A DNA stretch of 64,000 nucleotides. Origin: an uncultured Gammaproteobacteria bacterium. Lineage in GTDB: Bacteria > Patescibacteriota > Microgenomatia > Levybacterales > GWA1-39-11. Location: the NCBI GenBank assembly GCA_964452165.1, contig CAYVKP010000004.1, positions 5,333 to 69,332 on the forward strand. Reading direction: 5' to 3'. Positions 60,269-64,000 of this stretch are shown piece after piece (within the stretch, counting starts at the first letter, position 1; every line of letters starts with the position of its first letter). Below the pieces are notes generated by a model. That model had not been told where the DNA came from, did not search any database, and saw nothing but the letters and a program-made list of their open reading frames with translations. Both the position numbers and the translations under genes were made by a program.

Positions 60269-60997
60269 ATGAGCAACGATTGGCGTAGCCAAGCAAGGCG
60301 ACAACAAGGCCGTCCGCGCCGCGTAGAACCGGCTCAACCGGCAGACGCGCAAGCGCCTGAACAAACCGAAGGCCTGGCCTTCGAAGACACGACAGTGTTC
60401 GAGGAACACGACACTAAGCCAGACCAGACCGAAGGGCCTGTCTTGGCAAACGCACTCGAGTGCGACATCGTCGAAGCCGATGACAAGGTCCACGTCTTCG
60501 TAGAGGACGCGGAGACTGACACGTCCTACGACAGACTGGAGGAACTGATCGCAGGAATTCCTGACGAATCTGGCCACATCGTCGTGGTCTACAACAACGT
60601 CCAACGAGGCACAGCTCTCAACCTCGCCAGGCAGTTCGGTCGCAAATGGCCATTGGACGTGGACATTCGCCCACGACCACTCAAGGCAGTCGACCCATCT
60701 GACAATAAGGTCCACTACCTGGACTCTGGCGTCACAATAAGAGGCAACGCGTACGGCCCTCTGACTGACATCATCAGGACGATTCCGGATGAGGAAAGCC
60801 ACACGCTCTTCGTCAACAACATCGTACAGCGCGGTATCGCTGTCGCTGTTGCGATAGATCTCGGTCGTAAGCATGACCTAGACGTCCGAGTCCGCCCAAC
60901 GGAAGGCGAAACCTTGCGTGAAGCGGCAGAGCAAGCGGGTCTGACAGTCGGCGTCGAGATCGATTCGAAAGACGGTCTTACCAACCCGCTCAACTAG
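60269..60997 (+). CDS. array 1 protein with internal tandem duplication
   Basis: KVH...IPDE..H...N.VQRG.A...GRK..LDV..RP twice. Confidence 0.75.
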   Translation: MSNDWRSQARRQQGRPRRVEPAQPADAQAPEQTEGLAFEDTTVFEEHDTKPDQTEGPVLANALECDIVEADDKVHVFVEDAETDTSYDRLEELIAGIPDESGHIVVVYNNVQRGTALNLARQFGRKWPLDVDIRPRPLKAVDPSDNKVHYLDSGVTIRGNAYGPLTDIIRTIPDEESHTLFVNNIVQRGIAVAVAIDLGRKHDLDVRVRPTEGETLREAAEQAGLTVGVEIDSKDGLTNPLN

Positions 60998-61054
60998 TAG
61001 AAATCTGAGAGGTCGAAGTTCGACACTCCAGTGAAGTTAACAAGGAGAACACGG

Positions 61055-61561
61055 ATGACAATTCAAGTTTCACCTGCGCAGCACGCTGCCGACGCCGTGA
61101 AGTTCTGGGCCACCCACATCCTGGGTATCATCAACGCCTCTGATGGTCGTCTCTACGGCGCCCGCGTGCTTGTGGTTCACAGCGATGAGCCCATCGAGAA
61201 GCGCGACGCTCCGGACAAGGAGAAGACCGCGGAAGGCCTGGAGAAACTCATCGTTCTCGAATGGACGCTGGGCGAGGAAGACGCCGACTTCAACAAGCAA
61301 GCTCGGAACAGGGCCCTTCGTTCTTACCAGAACGGCCGGCCAAGCCGAGAAGATACGGGACAAGGCCCAAACGATGCAGGACAAGGCCCCGGCGCCATTA
61401 TCACAGATGAATACGACATCGTCTCCGTCTGCGGTCTTGGCTTTACCGGCAACGAACCCGTCGCAACGCGCATCGGCGAGCGCATTTCTTATCTGAGGGC
61501 GCAAGCCGCTGGCAACACCAAAGTAGCTGGCAGCAGCGATAAGGAAGACGGCGCCAACTAA
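61055..61561 (+). CDS. array 1 protein, degenerate GlcG/HbpS-like fold
   Basis: AAGGAG SD; ARNRALRSYQNGRPS, PGAII..IVSVCGL..NEPVA. Confidence 0.65.
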   Translation: MTIQVSPAQHAADAVKFWATHILGIINASDGRLYGARVLVVHSDEPIEKRDAPDKEKTAEGLEKLIVLEWTLGEEDADFNKQARNRALRSYQNGRPSREDTGQGPNDAGQGPGAIITDEYDIVSVCGLGFTGNEPVATRIGERISYLRAQAAGNTKVAGSSDKEDGAN

Positions 61562-61650
61562 TTCCCGGAGCAACACAACTGAATATCAGGTGCGGAAACA
61601 ACGCTAAGACGATCTGATCGATCGAAGCGTTCGCGGAAGAGATGCGAGAT
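61559..61650 (+). other. array 1 trailer complementary to the leader
   Basis: TAATTCCCGGA (61559-61569) and TCAGGTGCGG (61586-61595) pair with 54526-54536 and 54512-54521. Confidence 0.7.
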
Positions 61651-61659
61651 ATGTATAGT

Positions 61660-61685
61660 GTAGGAGGCTCACGCCTTTCTACTTT
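61660..61685 (+). terminator. probable terminator of array 1
   Basis: GTAGGAGGC-TCAC-GCCTTTCTAC-TTT. Confidence 0.6.
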
Positions 61686-61828
61686 AGTCAATTAATTTTG
61701 ACATATACCTCTACCTCCATCTCTTCCGCCCACACCATAAATTTGAAAATCTAAACTTAAATTTACAATTTTTAATTATTTCTTCTTATCAATCCAGAAT
61801 ATAATCTTCGTACTAAATTCTTACTCTT

Positions 61829-61857
61829 TTGCGACGTGGATTTCCTTTTGTTATAAT
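61829..61857 (+). promoter_or_regulatory. sigma70 promoter of array 2
   Basis: TTGCGA-17 nt-TATAAT with extended -10 TG. Confidence 0.75.
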
Positions 61858-61863
61858 CCAGAT

Positions 61864-62030
61864 CAAGTAGTTCTCTGTGACGGCGCGAATCACGACTTTT
61901 GCTTGTCTTGATATAGTGCCCCACAACGGGACACTTTTTTCTTTGGAAGACGTGACGTCCAGAAGCAAACGCAAGCTTCAAAGACTACTCGCCTGAAGAA
62001 GAGATCGCACCTGAACAAAAGGAACTTATA
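61864..62030 (+). ncRNA. structured leader RNA of array 2 (homolog of 54376-54536)
   Basis: GACACTTTTTTC, AAGACG, GAAGCAA-N2-GCAAGCTT and TCGCACCTGAACAA in the same order as leader 1. Confidence 0.7.
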
Positions 62031-62056
62031 CAAATTCATGGAAGGACGGTACCCTC

Positions 62057-62347
62057 ATGGCACGAATAAAAACCGTTCTTGTTGCTGACAACGACATACC
62101 TGGTGACTACGTCATCTTCCCAATTCGTTGGGTCTACAAAATCGACCCCATGCGAGGACAGGAAGTTGACGCGGCCGTATTACTCGGTCTCACCAATTTG
62201 GTCAACGGTAACAAACGTAAGATGATCTATTCCACCAGGAAGAGAGACGCCCAACGAATGAAGAGGCGAATCGAAAGCCTAGCGAGAAAAATCCCACCTA
62301 GGAGAAAACGGAGAAGGAGGAAAGAAGAAACTCAACCCGCCAACTAA
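62057..62347 (+). CDS. array 2 basic hypothetical protein
   Basis: AAGGA SD; Arg/Lys-rich C-terminus. Confidence 0.65.
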   Translation: MARIKTVLVADNDIPGDYVIFPIRWVYKIDPMRGQEVDAAVLLGLTNLVNGNKRKMIYSTRKRDAQRMKRRIESLARKIPPRRKRRRRKEETQPAN

Positions 62348-62370
62348 ACCAACAGGAGGAGGACACGAGC

Positions 62371-62580
62371 GTGACGAACAGCGGTTACGAATATGACGAC
62401 GAGCGTCCTAGAGAGGATCCACCTCGCCAACCTTTTGGTGGCGCCGTGAGACCTAAGAATCGCAGACCGGTTGGTGATAGCCAATCCGGCATTTTGGCCG
62501 ACCCGGACTGCGAGGACTGCGACGGTTCAAGTGTCAACAAGTACACAGGCCAACGCTGTCACTGCACTCGCAACATCTAG
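62371..62580 (+). CDS. array 2 small zinc-finger protein
   Basis: AGGAGG SD; CEDCDG...CHC. Confidence 0.65.
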   Translation: MTNSGYEYDDERPREDPPRQPFGGAVRPKNRRPVGDSQSGILADPDCEDCDGSSVNKYTGQRCHCTRNI

Positions 62581-62626
62581 TCCCGCTCGAAAGAGCTTTC
62601 AACCCAACATGGGAGGAGGTGATGAA

Positions 62627-62749
62627 ATGAACACAACGGCGAGTAAGTTCGTCCAGAGACACTGGATCAAGATCGCGATCTTCGCGTCCTTGGTTTGGAT
62701 GCTCTCGGGTATCGGTAAGTATTTCGACGGCTCACCGCCTTCGAACTAG
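62627..62749 (+). CDS. array 2 small TM peptide (40 aa)
   Basis: GGAGGTG SD; MNTTASKFVQRHWIKIAIFASLVWMLSG... Confidence 0.6.
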   Translation: MNTTASKFVQRHWIKIAIFASLVWMLSGIGKYFDGSPPSN

Positions 62750-62798
62750 GGATTCCATCAACTAACTACTGGCACGATTCGATTCGGAGGGAAGATCC

Positions 62799-63065
62799 TT
62801 GAAGCAGCAGAGGCAGACAGAGCAGCGGTATCAAGGTACCACGCGAGACAGATCTCGCAGTCCACAACCGCAGCAACCTGCCCGAAGCGCTATCAGGATA
62901 CCCGACCACCATTTCAGCGAAGAGCTGGATAGAGCCCTGATTCAGGTGAAAAGGACAGGCGTTCCGCTTGTCGTAAAGACCTACGAGCAGGAAATGGAAG
63001 CCAGAAGGAGGGCTAGAGAGAGGTACGGAATCACCGGCACCATAGACGTTACCGTCAAGGGTTAA
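62799..63065 (+). CDS. array 2 protein, possible single-unit homolog of 60269-60997
   Basis: GGAGG SD; LVVKTYEQ..A...A...G...DVTV. Confidence 0.6.
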   Translation: MKQQRQTEQRYQGTTRDRSRSPQPQQPARSAIRIPDHHFSEELDRALIQVKRTGVPLVVKTYEQEMEARRRARERYGITGTIDVTVKG

Positions 63066-63123
63066 TCCCCAACACGAGCGTCATCAACCCAACTACTGGG
63101 AGTTCACATGGAGGAACCACGAG

Positions 63124-63366
63124 TTGAAACAAGATACACGAGACCACGCCCCTGGTGAAGACTGGTACATTGGACCGGATCTTCTGGACTGGCCAAGACG
63201 CATAAAGAGCATTCTGGCTAAGGTCAGCATCAGGCTCGGCGAACATGTCTACGTGTCTCAAGAACCACACCAGCTAATGGACGTGGTCCTGGAGGAAGCC
63301 AAGTCCTTCCCCCACCTGATAGAACACGACCGAATCCATTCCGCTCCTGCCCAAGTCGCGGCATGA
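63124..63366 (+). CDS. array 2 hypothetical protein
   Basis: GGAGG SD, TTG start; 80 aa. Confidence 0.55.
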   Translation: MKQDTRDHAPGEDWYIGPDLLDWPRRIKSILAKVSIRLGEHVYVSQEPHQLMDVVLEEAKSFPHLIEHDRIHSAPAQVAA

Positions 63367-63418
63367 GCACCGTATCAACCATCAACCCAGACCCCTGGGA
63401 AAAGGAGTAGCCCCCGCC

Positions 63419-63736
63419 ATGACGCAAACAGTAGTAGAATTTCACGACGCCTTCAGCATGAAGGAGGTCAAGCTCCGGGGTTGTCCAAAAGGATGCAAGC
63501 ATCCCAAGGCCGGCACCATCGAGCCCGACACTGAGTTGACACCCAACAACTGTGAGTACATCCAGATGTACCACGATCACATCGACTGCGGTGCCAACTT
63601 CGTCGTGATGCCCACGGAGGGAGTCGAGCGAGTGAAGTCAGCCTTCCTGCCCGACGTCGAGTATCGACTCGTCCCACACCCTCTGCTGGCCCAAGCAAGC
63701 GATCAACTGCCGACGGCAACGAGTCCGCTGGCATGA
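63419..63736 (+). CDS. array 2 Cys/His-containing protein
   Basis: AAGGAG SD; CPKGC..C..H.H..C. Confidence 0.65.
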   Translation: MTQTVVEFHDAFSMKEVKLRGCPKGCKHPKAGTIEPDTELTPNNCEYIQMYHDHIDCGANFVVMPTEGVERVKSAFLPDVEYRLVPHPLLAQASDQLPTATSPLA

Positions 63737-64000
63737 CCACGGCAACAACGTCTACCGCGCTGGTCGACGAGATCGTCAAACAACACGTCCGAGTGTACAT
63801 ACGGCGCCAAGCCAAGCGCAACACGCCGTGCGGTTACATTCTCGGAGAGCCGATGCGGACGATAGGACCTGTGACCCTTTACGTATGTGGTCGCTGTGCA
63901 CCGATTCTTCCGGTCGACGCCATTTTCGGCTTGATTGACGACCCGGACACCGCTCTGCCCGAGGATCTTGACCTCGAGTTTGAGTTAATGCCGGTACACC
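63733..64000 (+). CDS. array 2 hypothetical protein (runs off window end)
   Basis: ATGA overlap; open to window end, MTTATTSTALVDEIVKQHVRVY...CGRC. Confidence 0.55.
   Translation, partial: MTTATTSTALVDEIVKQHVRVYIRRQAKRNTPCGYILGEPMRTIGPVTLYVCGRCAPILPVDAIFGLIDDPDTALPEDLDLEFELMPVH

Noticed and set aside
54598-61561. Integron cassette array
   Set aside because: No recurring attC (RYYYAAC...GTTRRRY) sites between ORFs, several ORFs are translationally coupled, and no intI is present.
61586-61650. Group II intron 5' end (GTGCG at 61590)
   Set aside because: No domain V or intron-encoded protein found; the motif is explained by pairing with the leader.
54279-61997. ACTCGCCTGAA 11-mer near both leaders
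   Set aside because: The positions are not equivalent (upstream of promoter 1 versus inside leader 2); probably coincidental.
54340-64000. Prophage or ICE call for the GC-rich arrays
   Set aside because: No integrase, replication, structural, lysis or conjugation gene is visible, and the units are separated by host-like AT-rich promoter DNA. It cannot be fully excluded because the region runs off the window.
1-64000. CRISPR array or cas genes
   Set aside because: No regularly spaced 25-40-bp repeats and no Cas motifs seen.

Overview
This looks like a chromosomal segment of a CPR/Patescibacteria genome, probably Microgenomates. That assignment is inferred from the PsbP-like 'MEENN' surface-protein array, the N-terminally extended L1 and the mostly leaderless, SD-poor genes. 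Positions 1-54.3 kb are AT-rich backbone: fmt, rpmB, rplJ-rplL with an L10 leader, dprA, mreC-mreD-mrdA, sortase, dsbA/B, ndk, argS, an ECF sigma module, galU, secE-nusG-rplK-rplA, galT, era, obgE, NMN adenylyltransferase, three canonical tRNAs, one tRNA-Ser-like gene with an aberrant anticodon arm, and scattered orphan genes. The best candidate for a new system starts at 54.3 kb. Two tandem, GC-richer arrays of small co-oriented ORFs with strong Shine-Dalgarno sites each follow a sigma70 promoter and a homologous structured ~160-nt leader ending in TCGCACCTGAACAA (boxA-like). In the complete ~7-kb array, the sequence starting at the last stop codon is complementary to the leader (11 bp + 10 bp), which would close the whole transcript in an rRNA-operon-like terminal stem. 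The cargo includes apparent fragments or mimics of housekeeping proteins (GAPDH NAD-binding domain, DnaK subdomain IIB, GlcG-like, tautomerase-like). No integrase, phage structural gene or reverse transcriptase is visible. All calls were made by eye without database searches.
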